The notes: generated by a model from the sequence alone, not told the origin. Shown: positions 47,938 to 59,774, counted from the stretch's first letter. The stretch: 64,000 bases of DNA from Negativicutes bacterium (GCA_963665275.2 CAXXIN010000016.1:268395-332394), one strand, 5' to 3'. Numbers and translations are program-made.

Positions 47938-50418
47938 GTGGTTGGGCTGGGAAAAATTTTCGCAAAGACGCTGCGGTCAACGTTGTGTAGAGTTATCATT
48001 GCCTTTGCCGTGCTAACCATTGCCGCGATATGGGCGGTTGCCTTGTCGAGAATCGAGTACGAACACCAGGCGGATATTCGCAACACCTTGCGTGCGAGCG
48101 AAAATCTTGCTGCGGCCTTTCAGGAGCATATCCAGCTTCATTTTGACCAAATCGACGAGACGCTGTTGTTCACGAAGCGGCAGTACGAGAAACAGGGTGT
48201 CGTCACTGAAATGATTATTGAGCGGATGCAAAGCAAAATCTTCGTTCCGGCCATGAACCTGGCGATTATCGATCCGCAGGGAAATTTTCGGATGAGCCTG
48301 CTGGCGAATTCCCAAACCGTCAATGTGAGCGATCGGGAATTCTTCCAGACCCATAGAGTGAAAGACACCGGCAAGCTATATATATCGAAACCGGTTATCA
48401 ATCGATTTACCGGCAAGCCCGCTTTTCATTTGAGCCGGCGGATCAATCGGCCGGATGGCAGTTTTGACGGAGTCGTGGTCTGCGGGATAGATCCCCAATA
48501 TTTTTCGGATTTTTACCGCGAGATGAAACTCGGATACAGTTATTCTGTCACTATCATCGGAATGGATGGCGTGGTTCGCGTGCGTCAGACTGCAAGTGGC
48601 ATGGAGTCGGGACAGGATGTGTCGGCTTCCTCGAATTTTCGTCAGATGCAGGAAGCCCATTCAGGCTCTTACCTCAGCACTTCGGTTGTCGACTACCAAC
48701 CGCGACTCTTCAGTTATCACCACATGGAACGATATCCGCTGATCGTGCAGGTATCTGTTCTTGAGACAGAAGCGCTGGCGGACTTTCGGGAACGCGAAGT
48801 GAAATATTTCCGGACCGCCGTATTTACCAGCGTGATCATTCTTTTGTTTTATGGCCTGTTGGTCTTTATGATCTTGAAACGAGAGCAACTTGCAGAAGTC
48901 CGACGTGAAAGCGAAGAACGTTTTGCCGGCGCTTTCGGCCATGCGCCGATCGGTATGGCGCTCATCTCCATTGAAAGGCGTTGGCTCAAGGTGAATGAGT
49001 GTCTGTGCCGGCTGCTCGGTTATGAGGAGTCGGAGCTTCTGGGCCGATCAGTCCTGGAGGTGACGCATCCAGATGACGTGAATGTCAATACAGAACTTCG
49101 GCTGCGGATGCTGGCCGACGAAATCGAAACCTACCGTGTGGAGAAGCGGTATTGCCATAAATCGGGCTTCGCAATTCCTTGCGTGCTGACGACATCACTA
49201 ATACGGGATATACAAAAGCATCCGTTATATTTCGTTATCCAGGTGGAAGATGCCACCGCACGGATACAAGCGGAACAAAGGTCTATGTTGGAGAAAAAAC
49301 GCTTGCAGGCCATTCTTCAGATAGCACAGATGGAAACAACCTCGGAAAAAGAATTGCTGGACCAGGCGCTGACTGCCATTATCGAGCTGTCGGTGAGTCA
49401 ATTCGGCTATATCTATTATTATAGTGAAGAAACGCAAGAGTTTACGCTGCATGCTTGGTCGCAGGGGGTGATGGAAGCCTGCACCATGCCGAATCAACCC
49501 ACACGGTATCAACTCGACAAGACCGGATTGTGGGGAGAAGCTGTGCGTCAACGTCAGCCGATCGTTGACAATGATTTTGCAATGCCGGATCTTCTGAAGA
49601 AAGGATATCCGCAAGGTCACGCGCCGCTGAAACGCTTTATGACGGCTCCGGTGTTCATTGACGGCAAAATAGTGGCCGTTGCCGGAGTGGCCAACAAGAA
49701 GGAAGCCTATACGGACCTGGATGTAAGCCAGTTGACGCTGATGATGGACTCGCTGTGGAATATCATTGAGCGTAGGCATGCGGAAGAAGCACTGCGGGAA
49801 GCAAATGAGACCTTGGACCATAAGGTAAAAGAGCGCACACAGGAACTGGACACCGCGAATGAAAAACTGACGGAGCAGAATGAAGAACTGGAAGCGCTGA
49901 ACGAAGAACTGCATCGACTGACACTGGCGGACGGGTTGACGGGCATCGCCAACCGGCGCTATTTTGACGAATATCTTGAACGGGCCTGGCGGACCGGGCA
50001 GCGGCAGCAAAAACCCCTGTCACTTATCATGGCTGATATCGATTTTTTCAAGCTCTATAATGATACCTATGGGCATCAGAGCGGCGACGACTGCCTGAAA
50101 ACCGTTGCCGGCGTATTGGCAAAAAGCATCAAACGCGGCACGGACCTTGCGGCCCGTTACGGGGGTGAAGAGTTCGCCATTGTGTTGCCGGATACGGATT
50201 TGGCCGGAGCGGTGATTGTCGCCGAAAAAATCAGGAAACGGGTGGCGGACACGCAGATCGAAAACCGCGAAGCGCCTGGCCACTGGGTGACAATCAGTCT
50301 CGGCGCGGCATCCCTGCTGCCATCCGGCAGCGAATCGCCTTCCTCCTTGATCGCACTAGCGGATGCGGCCATGTATAAGGCGAAAAATGCGGGACGCAAC
50401 CGCGTGATGAGCAGCTAA
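47938..50418 (+). CDS. Membrane diguanylate cyclase (Cache-like sensor, PAS, GAF, GGDEF)
   Basis: Two TM flanking a sensor, HPDD PAS, GAF (GLWGEA..QR), [15 protein letters not shown]-site, GGEEF. Confidence 0.93.
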   Translation: MVGLGKIFAKTLRSTLCRVIIAFAVLTIAAIWAVALSRIEYEHQADIRNTLRASENLAAAFQEHIQLHFDQIDETLLFTKRQYEKQGVVTEMIIERMQSKIFVPAMNLAIIDPQGNFRMSLLANSQTVNVSDREFFQTHRVKDTGKLYISKPVINRFTGKPAFHLSRRINRPDGSFDGVVVCGIDPQYFSDFYREMKLGYSYSVTIIGMDGVVRVRQTASGMESGQDVSASSNFRQMQEAHSGSYLSTSVVDYQPRLFSYHHMERYPLIVQVSVLETEALADFREREVKYFRTAVFTSVIILLFYGLLVFMILKREQLAEVRRESEERFAGAFGHAPIGMALISIERRWLKVNECLCRLLGYEESELLGRSVLEVTHPDDVNVNTELRLRMLADEIETYRVEKRYCHKSGFAIPCVLTTSLIRDIQKHPLYFVIQVEDATARIQAEQRSMLEKKRLQAILQIAQMETTSEKELLDQALTAIIELSVSQFGYIYYYSEETQEFTLHAWSQGVMEACTMPNQPTRYQLDKTGLWGEAVRQRQPIVDNDFAMPDLLKKGYPQGHAPLKRFMTAPVFIDGKIVAVAGVANKKEAYTDLDVSQLTLMMDSLWNIIERRHAEEALREANETLDHKVKERTQELDTANEKLTEQNEELEALNEELHRLTLADGLTGIANRRYFDEYLERAWRTGQRQQKPLSLIMADIDFFKLYNDTYGHQSGDDCLKTVAGVLAKSIKRGTDLAARYGGEEFAIVLPDTDLAGAVIVAEKIRKRVADTQIENREAPGHWVTISLGAASLLPSGSESPSSLIALADAAMYKAKNAGRNRVMSS

Positions 50419-51629
50419 TTGGCGGCGTATTCCTCGGTGTATAGCAGTGGAATCACGGCATATACGGCGGCGCAATTGACCAGCTCTTTTTTCCAGGTCC
50501 GTTCGTTGGGAGCGTGGGCCTGATCTTCGTGACCCGGACCGAACCCGATGCAGGGGATGCCGTAGCGGCCCATGATGGATACCCCATTCGTGGAGAATGT
50601 CCATTTATCGACGATCGGGTTTATCTTGAACAACTTCTTATAGGACTCGACCGTTGCCTGGCAAATTGGATGATCTTCTTCAATCAACCAGGTTGGGAAG
50701 TAACACTCCGTCGGATAAGCCAACTGCGTATAGGAGGGCCGTGCATATTGATACAGGGCGACCTCCGCCTGGGCGGCTTTTACCGAGGGCAGATTTTTGA
50801 TCTGCTGCAGGGCATATTCGCCACTTTCACCGACCGTCAAACGCCTGTCGATGGAAATCCAGCAACTGTCAGCTACGGCGCAGCGAGACGGTGAAGTATG
50901 AAAAATCTCTGAAACGGTCAGACTGCCCTTGCCCAAAAAAGCATGGTCAAGCAAATTCTCATGCAACGCCTTCAGCTCAGTCAGGATGCCGGCCATTTTA
51001 TAGATCGCATTGTCGCCGCGCTCCGGCGCCGATCCGTGACAACTCAGCCCTTTGGTCGTCACCTTGATTTCCATGCGCCCTCTGTGGCCGCGGGTGATTT
51101 TGCCGTCGGTGGGTTCGGTCAGCACCACGAATTCGGGTTTTAACTTATCTTCGTTCAGGATGTATTGCCAGCAAAGTCCGTCACAGTCTTCTTCCTGGAC
51201 CGAACCGACAACCACCAGCGTGTAGTCGCCTTCGAGCTGAAGATCTTTGATGATTTTGCCTGCATACACCATGGAGGCCATGCCGCCTTCCTGATCGCTG
51301 GCGCCCAGGCCGATGATGCTGTCGGAATCTTCGTGTCCCTGATAGGGATCATAGCTCCAGTTACCTGCGCTGCCGACGCCCACGGTATCGATATGCGCGT
51401 CCATGGCGATCACATGCTTCCCATGACCGATGGAGCCGAGAATGTTACCCATAGGGTCGATTTCGATTTTATCGAAGCCGACTTTTTCCATTTCTGCTTT
51501 GATGCGGCGGATGACGCCTTCCTCGTGTGTGCTTTCGCTGGGAATGGCAATCATATCCCGCAGGAACTTACTCATCTCCGGTTCATATTTTCGGGCCAGT
51601 TCCACCACTTTTTCAAAATCGATTTGCAA
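50415..51629 (-). CDS. ygeY: YgeY-family M20 hydrolase
   Basis: [58 protein letters not shown]; TTG start with GGAGG RBS. Confidence 0.88.
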   Translation of the reverse strand: MQIDFEKVVELARKYEPEMSKFLRDMIAIPSESTHEEGVIRRIKAEMEKVGFDKIEIDPMGNILGSIGHGKHVIAMDAHIDTVGVGSAGNWSYDPYQGHEDSDSIIGLGASDQEGGMASMVYAGKIIKDLQLEGDYTLVVVGSVQEEDCDGLCWQYILNEDKLKPEFVVLTEPTDGKITRGHRGRMEIKVTTKGLSCHGSAPERGDNAIYKMAGILTELKALHENLLDHAFLGKGSLTVSEIFHTSPSRCAVADSCWISIDRRLTVGESGEYALQQIKNLPSVKAAQAEVALYQYARPSYTQLAYPTECYFPTWLIEEDHPICQATVESYKKLFKINPIVDKWTFSTNGVSIMGRYGIPCIGFGPGHEDQAHAPNERTWKKELVNCAAVYAVIPLLYTEEYAAN

Positions 51630-51773
51630 AGCTTCCGCCTCCTGTATGCAATAAATATGGTAAATGGTAACACGTGCACTGAAATAAAACAATGAACAGG
51701 GATGACTTGGTATTTTGGATAAGAAAGTGTAAAATCAGCAAAAAATAGTGAGTTGCAGGGTCGATTTTGATGG

Positions 51774-51802
51774 TTGACAGGTGTTTTTGAGACTGATACA
51801 AT
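51774..51802 (+). promoter_or_regulatory. SigA promoter of the amino-acid ABC operon
   Basis: TTGACA-17 nt-TACAAT. Confidence 0.8.
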
Positions 51803-51814
51803 ACGAACAGGTTA

Positions 51815-51908
51815 TCAAAAAGGCCTTTTAAGCAAAATATACCGCATTAAGACAAAGATGTCTCGTGATTATCGCCAAGGGGCGGCTATCATCAGACGTC
51901 TTTTTTTT
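51815..51908 (+). promoter_or_regulatory. 5' leader attenuator with candidate ANTAR-binding hairpin overlapping a terminator
   Basis: AGAC-AAAGAT-GTCT hexaloop hairpin (51850-51863) forms part of the 5' arm of terminator AAAGATGTCT...AGACGTCTTT-T run. Confidence 0.65.
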
Positions 51909-51934
51909 ATAAAAAAATATTTGGAGGTAAAACC

Positions 51935-52741
51935 ATGAACAAGAAAAACCTTTCGCTCTTATTAATGATTTCCGTTCTGCTGGTGACCCTGCTCGCAGGC
52001 TGTGGACAGGACAAGAAAGCCGCTGCGCCGGGCGCCGCCGCCAAGCCGGAAGCTGAAAAGACCTACATTATTGCCTGTGACGCCAAATACGCGCCATTTT
52101 CATTTGAAGAGAACGGCAAATACAAAGGAATTGACGTGGAACTGATCGCCGCGATTGCGAAAGCCGAAGGCTTCAAATACGAGTTGAAACCGATGGACTT
52201 CAGCGGCATTATTCCTGCGATCAAGGCCGGTCAGATTGACGGCTCGATTGCCGGGATGAACATCACGAAGAAACGGCAGGAATCGATCGATTTTTCCGAT
52301 GGGTATATCAAGTCCGGTTCCTCCATCGTTGTGAATATCAAGAATACCGATGTCAAAACGTTGGATGATCTGAAAGGCAAAACCGCGGCTGTCAAGAAAG
52401 GAACCACCGGTGCTATTTTCGCCGAAGAGAACCAGAAAAAATATGATCTGAAAATCAGCTATTATGATGATTCTCCTTCCATGTTCCAGGCCGTGAAAAA
52501 TGGCAACGCGGACTTCCTGGTCGAAGATTACCCGGTAATTTCCTATCAGATCAAAGTTTCCCCCGAGAAAAACTTCCGGGTGGCTGTGCCTGAAATCGAA
52601 GCGGCGCCTTTCAATGGATTCGCCGTTGATAAAGGGAAAAACCAAAAATTGCTGGCCATGTTTAATTCAGGTCTCAAGAAACTGAAAGATAATGGCGAAT
52701 ATGCCAAAATCGTCGGGCAGTATCTACCTCTGGATAAATAA
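51935..52741 (+). CDS. Polar amino-acid ABC transporter substrate-binding lipoprotein (GlnH-like)
   Basis: LAGC lipobox, YAPFSF, GIDVEL, IT..RQ..IDFS, VKKGT. Confidence 0.92.
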   Translation: MNKKNLSLLLMISVLLVTLLAGCGQDKKAAAPGAAAKPEAEKTYIIACDAKYAPFSFEENGKYKGIDVELIAAIAKAEGFKYELKPMDFSGIIPAIKAGQIDGSIAGMNITKKRQESIDFSDGYIKSGSSIVVNIKNTDVKTLDDLKGKTAAVKKGTTGAIFAEENQKKYDLKISYYDDSPSMFQAVKNGNADFLVEDYPVISYQIKVSPEKNFRVAVPEIEAAPFNGFAVDKGKNQKLLAMFNSGLKKLKDNGEYAKIVGQYLPLDK

Positions 52742-52870
52742 AAATTCTATAGTTGGCATCGGCATCTGTGCAGTAAGTCAAACGTCCGACACGCGGTATG
52801 ATGCAGGCGGTAGGGCGTGAGATTTACTGCATTTTCAGTTGCAGTGCTAGGGTAGGAGGGTTCTTGCGCC

Positions 52871-53542
52871 ATGTATTACTTTGAGTTGTTTCAGGAATGT
52901 CTGCCCAGTTTACTCAGTGGCTTATATTTAACGATTGTGATGGCGGTCGCCTCGATATTTTTCGCGTTCCTGATCGGAGTGATCCTCGGACTCTTCAGTA
53001 TCAGCAGTAGCCAAACTTTGCGTTCCATTTCCACCGTCTATATTTATGCGGTGCGCGGGGTACCGCTAATGATTCTGGCCCTATTCCTGTACTTCGGGGT
53101 CAGTGCGATCCTGGGAATTCGATTTAACCCTGTGGTGGCGGCCATTATTTCTCTGACCATCAATGCCAGCGCTTATATGGCGGAAATTTTCCGTGGCGGC
53201 ATACAGGCGATAGATATCGGACAATCCGAAGCTGCCCGTAGTCTGGGCATGAGCTATTTGAAAACCATGCACAAGGTGATCCTGCCACAGGCGATCAAAA
53301 TCATGATCCCGGCTTTTTTGAACCAATTCATTACCACACTCAAAGACACTTCCATTCTGTCGGTTATCAGCGTCAGGGAATTGACATTGAACGGACAGAT
53401 CATCATTGCCCGGAATTATTTGCCATTTGAGGTATATTCTTATGTGGCGGTGATGTATCTTGTCATTATCACAGGACTGTCATTACTCACCAAGAAGCTG
53501 GAAAGGAAGTTGAGTTATGATAATCACAGCAAACGACATTAG
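52871..53542 (+). CDS. Polar amino-acid ABC transporter permease
   Basis: RGVP, AYMAEIFRGGI, GQSEAARSLG, LKDTS. Confidence 0.93.
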   Translation: MYYFELFQECLPSLLSGLYLTIVMAVASIFFAFLIGVILGLFSISSSQTLRSISTVYIYAVRGVPLMILALFLYFGVSAILGIRFNPVVAAIISLTINASAYMAEIFRGGIQAIDIGQSEAARSLGMSYLKTMHKVILPQAIKIMIPAFLNQFITTLKDTSILSVISVRELTLNGQIIIARNYLPFEVYSYVAVMYLVIITGLSLLTKKLERKLSYDNHSKRH

Positions 53543-54255
53543 AAAAAGCTTCGGTCATCTGGAAGTGTTGAAGGGGATTTCTCTGGAAGTGACAGAAGGT
53601 GAGGTACTGTGCATTATTGGGCCCTCCGGGTCAGGTAAAAGCACACTGCTGCGCTGTCTGAACCGGCTGGAAGAGATACAGTCCGGCAGCATCACGGTGA
53701 TCGGTGAAAATATTGTAAATGCAAAAAACATCAACAAGCTGCGCGAAAAACATCGGCATGGTGTTCCAATCCTTTAATCTGTTTCCCAATTACACGGTGA
53801 TGCAGAATATGATGCTGGCGCCGCTGGAATTAAAGAAGATGAACCGCAAAGAAGCTGAAGAAACGGCAGTGGCCTTGCTGCGAAAGGTTGGCCTGGAGGA
53901 TAAAAAGGATGTCTATCCGCATACCCTGTCCGGGGGGCAGAAACAACGGGTGGCGATTGCCCGGGCGTTGCAGATGAATCCGAAGATCATGCTGTTCGAT
54001 GAACCGACCTCGGCTCTCGACCCTGAAATGGTGGGGGAAGTCCTGAAGGTCATGAAAGACTTGGCGCTGGAAGGGATGACGATGGTCATCGTTACGCACG
54101 AGATGGGGTTCGCCCGGGATGTGGCGGACCGGGTCATTTTCATGGACGATGGGTACATCGTCGAAGAAGGTACGGCCCAGGAACTGTTCACCGCCCCGAA
54201 AAGCAGCCGCTGCAATGATTTCCTGTCCAAGGTGCTCAGCGCACGGGCCAATTGA
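53517..54255 (+). CDS. Polar amino-acid ABC ATPase (GlnQ-like), frameshift in the A-run near 53748
   Basis: GPSGSGKST in one frame; [14 protein letters not shown] and [10 protein letters not shown] in another. Confidence 0.9.
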
Positions 54256-54456
54256 GTAGAAAGAGGGGAATTGTCAGTCGCCGACTTGGTAGTGTGAAGT
54301 TATTAGAAGAAGATAATTATAATTGAGGGCCGCGGCGGAATATTAATTTCAACGCGGCTTTTGCAATTTTATTATCGGGGCAGGAATGCGGCGGCTGTCG
54401 GCGAATGAGTAGAAGAGAAAATGGGAACTGGCACGGCCCTAAGGAGGATGCAGTCA

Positions 54457-55148
54457 TTGGATAGTGTGGCGGAACCGGTCAGTGGGAAAGAAGGCGCCCG
54501 GTTGGTTGTGGAGCAGGGAAGCCCATTCATTCAGGGGACCTTTTTTGATCTGAATAACGAAAAAACCATTATTGGACGGGTGACCGCTTCATTTCATCCG
54601 GATATTGGGTTCGATAGTTTGCTGATTTCCCGCCAACATTGCTGTATAGAGAGACAGGATCAGGCTTATCTGATTGCGGAGTTGGGCAGTAAGCATGGTA
54701 CGTTGGTGAACGGCAGGCGGCTCGATGCTTTCAGCCGGCTGGTTTTGGAGGATAATGACACAATTGATCTGGCCGATGGTGTGATTCGATTGCGCTTTTT
54801 GGTTTTGTTAGATTTGGATAATACCATGGATTGGGGGACTTTTCCGCCGGCAACGACCTTCATTGTGGACTTGGATAAAAGAGTGTTGCGCATTCACGAA
54901 ACAGAGATTCCACTAGCGGGTAAGGAATGGCGTTTGCTGGAAGTGCTGTACCACCATCGGAACAAACTGGTTCCGTATGAGATGATTCGCACCGAAGTCT
55001 GGTCCGAACGGCGTCTGATCGCAAGCGATATTCGGATGTCGGCATGGATGAAATCAATGTGTTGCTGCATCGTCTACGCTGCAAACTTGGCGTGTATGGG
55101 AAATTCCTGGTAACTCGCCGCGGGCAGGGCTACATTTTGGAAGTATAA
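54457..55148 (+). CDS. FHA-domain plus OmpR-type winged-helix regulator, frameshift near 55030
   Basis: FHA motifs IGR, ISRQH, SKHGTLVNG; wHTH KEWRLL...EVW, continued in another frame as EINVLLHRLRCKLG...TRRGQGYILEV*. Confidence 0.82.
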
Positions 55149-55152
55149 CTTT

Positions 55153-55211
55153 ATTTGTAATGGATTTATAAGGAAGCCGCAATTTTTTTCACCTCCGTGT
55201 TTTTCTATAAT
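55153..55211 (+). promoter_or_regulatory. 11-bp direct repeat and -10 box upstream of the beta-lactamase gene
   Basis: ATTTGTAATGG ATTTATAAGGA; TATAAT at 55206-55211 with no good -35. Confidence 0.45.
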
Positions 55212-55243
55212 GGAGACGTACCTAAACGGAAGGAGTGGAAGAA

Positions 55244-56043
55244 ATGAGGAAGTTTCTGATGGCGTTACTGATAATGGGGGCGATCCAGTGGTCGACCATG
55301 GCTGGAGCGACTGCAGCGACGGTGATCCGAGAGGATTTCAGCCGCTACTTTGACGGGTTGACGGCACGTTTGTCTTATATGAGCCTGCTACGGATACCTA
55401 TAGAATTTATAACGAAGAGCAGAGTAACAAAAGATTGTCACCCTGCTCAAGCTTTAAGATTTTCAATTCATTGATCGGACTGGAAACAGGGGTTCTTGAC
55501 CGGAACGACACGTTGACCATGATGCCATGGGATGGAACTCACTATGATATTGCCGGATGGAATCGTGATCATACGCTTGCTTCGGCTACACGGGAATCGG
55601 TGGTGTGGTATTTTCAAGCACTTGCGAGGCGTATCGGGGCGGAGAGGATGCAGCTTTATCTGGACCGGATCGGCTATGGAAACCGGGATATTTCCGGCGG
55701 ACTAACGCGGTTTTGGCTGCGCTCCTCCTTGCAAATTTCTGCTATGGAGCAAGTTGATGTGCTGAAGAGGCTGTATGCCGGAGAATTGCCGTTTTCTGCG
55801 GAGTCGCGGGCGATTGTTCTGCAAAACATCACGCTAGCCAATGAAAATGGAATCAAGTTCATGGGCAAGACCGGATCCGGGTATCAGGATGGAAAATGGA
55901 TTTTTGGCTGGTTTGTCGGCTACATTGAAACACAGGGAAAAGTTTATGTCTTTGCAACAAATGTGGAAGGCGCAGATGAAGCGAGCGGCATCAAAGCGCG
56001 CGAGATCACGCGGCGGATTGCTAAAGAGCTGGGGTTGTTGTGA
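55244..56043 (+). CDS. blaOXA: Class D beta-lactamase-like penicillin-binding protein, frameshift near 55358
   Basis: Signal peptide; PCSSFK (SxxK), SVVW (SxV), YGN, FWL, KTG, GWFVG. Confidence 0.82.
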
Positions 56044-56063
56044 AACAAAAGAGAGGAGAACCG

Positions 56064-57194
56064 ATGATGACTAAAATTAATGTGGGGATTTTGTTTGGCG
56101 GGAAATCGACGGAGCATGAGGTTTCGTTGCAATCCGCCAAGAATGTTTTGGATGCGATTGATCGCGAAAAGTACAACGTAACGTTGATCGGGATCGATAA
56201 AGGAGGTCGCTGGTATCTGAATGACCAGTCTCACTTTCTACTGAACAGCCATGACCCCAAACGGATTGCTTTGAATAAAGGCGATAAAGATGTGGTGCTG
56301 GTTCCTGGTGACGAGAGCCGGGAACTATTGTGTTTGGGCGGCGGCTACGCCGGCGGCAAATTGGATGTTATTTTCCCCGTATTGCACGGGGCGTTCGGCG
56401 AAGACGGTACGATGCAGGGGTTGCTGAAGCTGGTGGATATTCCGTTTGTAGGCGCAGGCGTTCTGGGGTCGGCGGTCGCCATGGATAAGGGACGTCGCCA
56501 AGCGGCTGCTCAGGGATGCGGGAGTGCCGATTGCGAAGTTTCAGGTTTTTCAACGTTGGGAGCGGGAGAAAATCAATTTTCAGGCAATCGTACGGGATTT
56601 GGGCTTGCCGTTGTTTATCAAACCGGCCAACGCCGGTTCGTCGGTCGGGGTGAGCAAGGTGGAAAATGAAGCGCAGTTTGCAGTGGCAATCGATGAAGCC
56701 TTTTCGTTTGATCGCAAAATTTTGATTGAAGAGTGCATGGTTGGGCGGGAAGTGGAATGCGCAGTTTTGGGGAATGAGCGGCCGATTGCTTCGGCAGTGG
56801 GTGAAATCATTGCGCAACAGGACTTTTATTCCTATGAGGGGGGGGGGGGGGGGGGGGGGGGGCCAAGTATATCGATGAAAACGGTGCGCTGTTGAAAATC
56901 CCGGCGGAGTTGTCCGGGGAAGCGATCGCATCAATTCAGGAACAGGCGATCAAGGCATATCAGGTTCTATGCTGTGAAGGGATGGCCCGGGTGGACTTTT
57001 TCCTCACACCGGATAATGTGGCTGTGGTCAATGAGATCAATACGATCCCCGGTTTTACCAAGATCAGCATGTATCCGAAGTTGTGGGAGATCAGCGGAAT
57101 ATCTTATCCGGAACTGATTGACCGTCTAATTCAATTGGCATTGGAACGGCATAACGAGGAACTGAAATTGCAAACCTCTTATGAAAAAAGCTGA
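56064..57194 (+). CDS. ddl: D-alanine--D-alanine ligase (DdlA-type), frameshifts near 56490 and at the G-run 56838-56862
   Basis: [35 protein letters not shown](AKY), [20 protein letters not shown]. Confidence 0.9.
56838..56862 (+). repeat. G25 homopolymer inside ddl
   Basis: TATGA-(G)25-CCAAGTAT where GAG GCC AAG TAT is expected. Confidence 0.9.
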
Positions 57195-57221
57195 TTAAAA
57201 AAGATTGGAGATGGCTCGAAT

Positions 57222-58101
57222 TTGAAAAAGTTGTTATTGCTAGTGATGGTGTTGAGTTGGTGTCTTAATTCGGCGGCTTTCGCTGAACCGGCAATCGAAA
57301 AAGAGCGCGTGAAGGTGCCGTTGGAAACGGACGGGAAAGCGTATTTGCTTGATGCCATGATCTATAAACCGGAGGGCGCCGGCCCGTTCCCCGCAATGGT
57401 GATGACGCATGGCACTTCCCGCCTGGTCGCGGACAGGCTCAAGACGACGGCGGACACCTACTACGTGAGGCAAGCCGAAACGTTCGCCAAACTTGGCATG
57501 GCGGTGATTTTCGTAGTGCGTCGGGGCTTTGGCATTTCGGACGGCCCCTATAATGAAAGCTTTCAATATCCGAATGGCGCCCGCAACTATACGCGAGCGG
57601 GGCTGGAGGCGGCGAAGGACCTCGGCGCGGCGATCCGTTATTTCCAGGACAAGCCGTATGTTGATAAAAACCGGGTAGTTTTGCTGGGACAGTCGACTGG
57701 CGGACACAGTGTTACCGCTGCGGGTTCCTTGAATTTTCCCGGCGTGATCGGCGTGATCAATTTTGCCGGCGGCCGGGGCTCTTCGGCGCCTGATGTGGTC
57801 AGAGACGAAGCCAACCTGGTTGATTCCTACGGAACCTAACGGGAAGACCTTCCGTGTTCCGACTCTATGGTTGTATTCAGAGAATGATCACTACTTCCGG
57901 CCGGCACTGGCGCAGCAATTTTTGGCGGCATTCCAGGCCGGTGGAGGCGCAGTGGAATTTGTCGCCCTGCCACCTTACGGAGAGGATGGGCACTCAAGTT
58001 TCGTGAGGGCCAAAAATAATTGGTATGCGCCGGTGGTGGACTTCCTGAAAAAACTCGGCGCTGTCGCCGAAACGGGCGCTTCTTTGGGCAGGGCTGCATA
58101 A
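57222..58101 (+). CDS. Exported dienelactone-hydrolase-type alpha/beta hydrolase, frameshift near 57836
   Basis: Signal peptide, GPFP..V.THG, RRGFG.SDG, GQSTGG nucleophile, SENDH, EDGH. Confidence 0.82.
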
Positions 58102-58106
58102 GGGGC

Positions 58107-58719
58107 TTATATTGTCTTGCGGGCGGCCAGCGCCCACAGATAGAGGGAAGCGACTGATCCGTAGGGTGAATAGCGTTTCCGATAGCGCTCGAACTGAGTT
58201 CGGGTCAGTTTGTTCAGACCATACAGGCTCATCATGCCCCGCCGGATGGCGAGGTCGCCCCAACTGACGACATCCGGCCGCTCGAGCGAAAAGATCAGCA
58301 GCATCTCGGCGGTCCAGACCCCAACACCGTTCAGGGCGGATAGCCGCTCAATGATCTCGTTGTCAGACAGAACAGGAAATTCGTGTATATTGAGTTCGTT
58401 TTGCAGTGCGGCCTCACCGACTCCCTTGATATAGAGGGTTTTACGCATAGAGAGGCCGCATTGCTGTATCTCGGCGGCATCGGCACGGGCGATGCCTGCG
58501 CGGCGTGATCCCGCCGCACTGCAACTGCAGGCGGCCCCAGACCGTAGCGGCAGCTTTGGTGGCGATCTGCTGGCCGACGATGCTGTGGATGAGGGCGGCG
58601 AAATGGTCGGGCATGACTTCCCGTTCAATTGGACCGATGCTCTCAATAGCCAGCGCCAGTTTTTTATCTTTTTTCTTCAGATGTTCGATCTCTGTCGATC
58701 CATAGTTAAAGAATGGCAC
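58107..58719 (-). CDS. alkA: DNA-3-methyladenine glycosylase II (HhH-GPD), frameshift near 58500
   Basis: SIVGQQI, GVGVWTAEMLLIF, GDLAIR, SPYGSVASLYLW; GTG start with GGAGG RBS. Confidence 0.85.
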
Positions 58720-59298
58720 GGGTCGCCTCCGTTGCTGCGGATTTTGCCAGCGATTTCTGTTGCCGGTATTCGCTGGGTGTGATGCCGAACTTCTTTTGAA
58801 ACAGGCGTAAAAACTCGATAAACTGCCGAATCCACTGACCAGTGCGACGTTCAACACAGGCATGTCGGGGATGGCCAGGCAAGCCTCGGCATTCGCCAAA
58901 CGCAACCGGTTCTGGTATTCGGTAGGCGTCATGCCATATTCCTGCTGGAACAGCCGCGTCAAGTGGTGAGGACTGACGGGGATATGTTTCAACTGCGCCG
59001 CGAGTTTTTCGCGGTCCGAATAATCCGTGTCGTAAATCGCCTTGATTTTCGAGAGCAGTTCCCGCGTCGGGGCATAATCCAGCAGATCGGGACGACAGCG
59101 TTTGCAGGGACGCATGCCGAACGCGAAAGCACCGGCCGCTTCGTCAAAGAACTCGACATTCTCCCGCAGAGGAGTTTTGGACTTACAGGACGGCCGGCAG
59201 AAAATGCCGGTCGTTTTCACGCCATAGAAAAACTGTCCATCATAGGTTGGATCACAATGAACAACGGCATCCCATTTTTCGGTGTCCGTTAGCGTCAT
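58706..59298 (-). CDS. adaA: AdaA-type methylphosphotriester methyltransferase / AraC regulator, frameshift near 58795
   Basis: GVKTTGIFCRPSC, RPCKRC, AraC HTH; the natural end FKKKFGITPSEYR...* needs one added A. Confidence 0.87.
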
Positions 59299-59774
59299 GA
59301 GTTATGCACGCTCCCTTGTTTTTCGAGAGCCAACAGCTGCTCTTTGGCACTCAGGCCGCCCCGGTAGCCGACCAGCTTCCGATTGGAACCGATGACCCGA
59401 TGACAGGGAATGAAGAGCGGCAGAGGGTTTTTATTGTTGGCGAGACCGACAGCGCGGGCTGCATCAGGATTGCCGAGGGAAGAGGCGACTTCGCGGTAAC
59501 TGCGGGTTTCTCCATAAGGAATGGCGCATAGCGCATCCCAGACCCGCCGCATGTATTCAGTACCGACTGGCGCGAGGGGAAGGTTGAACTCTCGGAGTTG
59601 CCCGGCGAAATAGAGCTGCAGCTGATGCCCCGCTTCCTTCAGCAATTTCGTTTCCTGCATGAGCGCTTCCGTCGGGACAGGTTCGCCTTCAAAGAACAGA
59701 TGGGTAACGGTCTTGTTGTTTTCGACGATTCCGAGAGAACCGATGGGGGTCTGATAAAAAAAGAGCGATTTCAT
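59295..59774 (-). CDS. ogt: Methylated-DNA--protein-cysteine methyltransferase
   Basis: IPYGET.SY, ARAVG, IPCHRV, GYRGG. Confidence 0.94.
   Translation of the reverse strand: MKSLFFYQTPIGSLGIVENNKTVTHLFFEGEPVPTEALMQETKLLKEAGHQLQLYFAGQLREFNLPLAPVGTEYMRRVWDALCAIPYGETRSYREVASSLGNPDAARAVGLANNKNPLPLFIPCHRVIGSNRKLVGYRGGLSAKEQLLALEKQGSVHNS

Noticed and set aside
56064-57194. Vancomycin-resistance (van) ligase cluster
   Set aside because: Ligase has the DdlA-type YEAKY loop and SMYP motif; no vanH, vanX, vanY, vanT or vanRS
58441-59298. AdaA-AlkA fusion protein suggested by the ORF track
   Set aside because: One missing A near 58795 creates the fusion; restoring it gives a normal AraC end, and alkA has its own RBS and GTG
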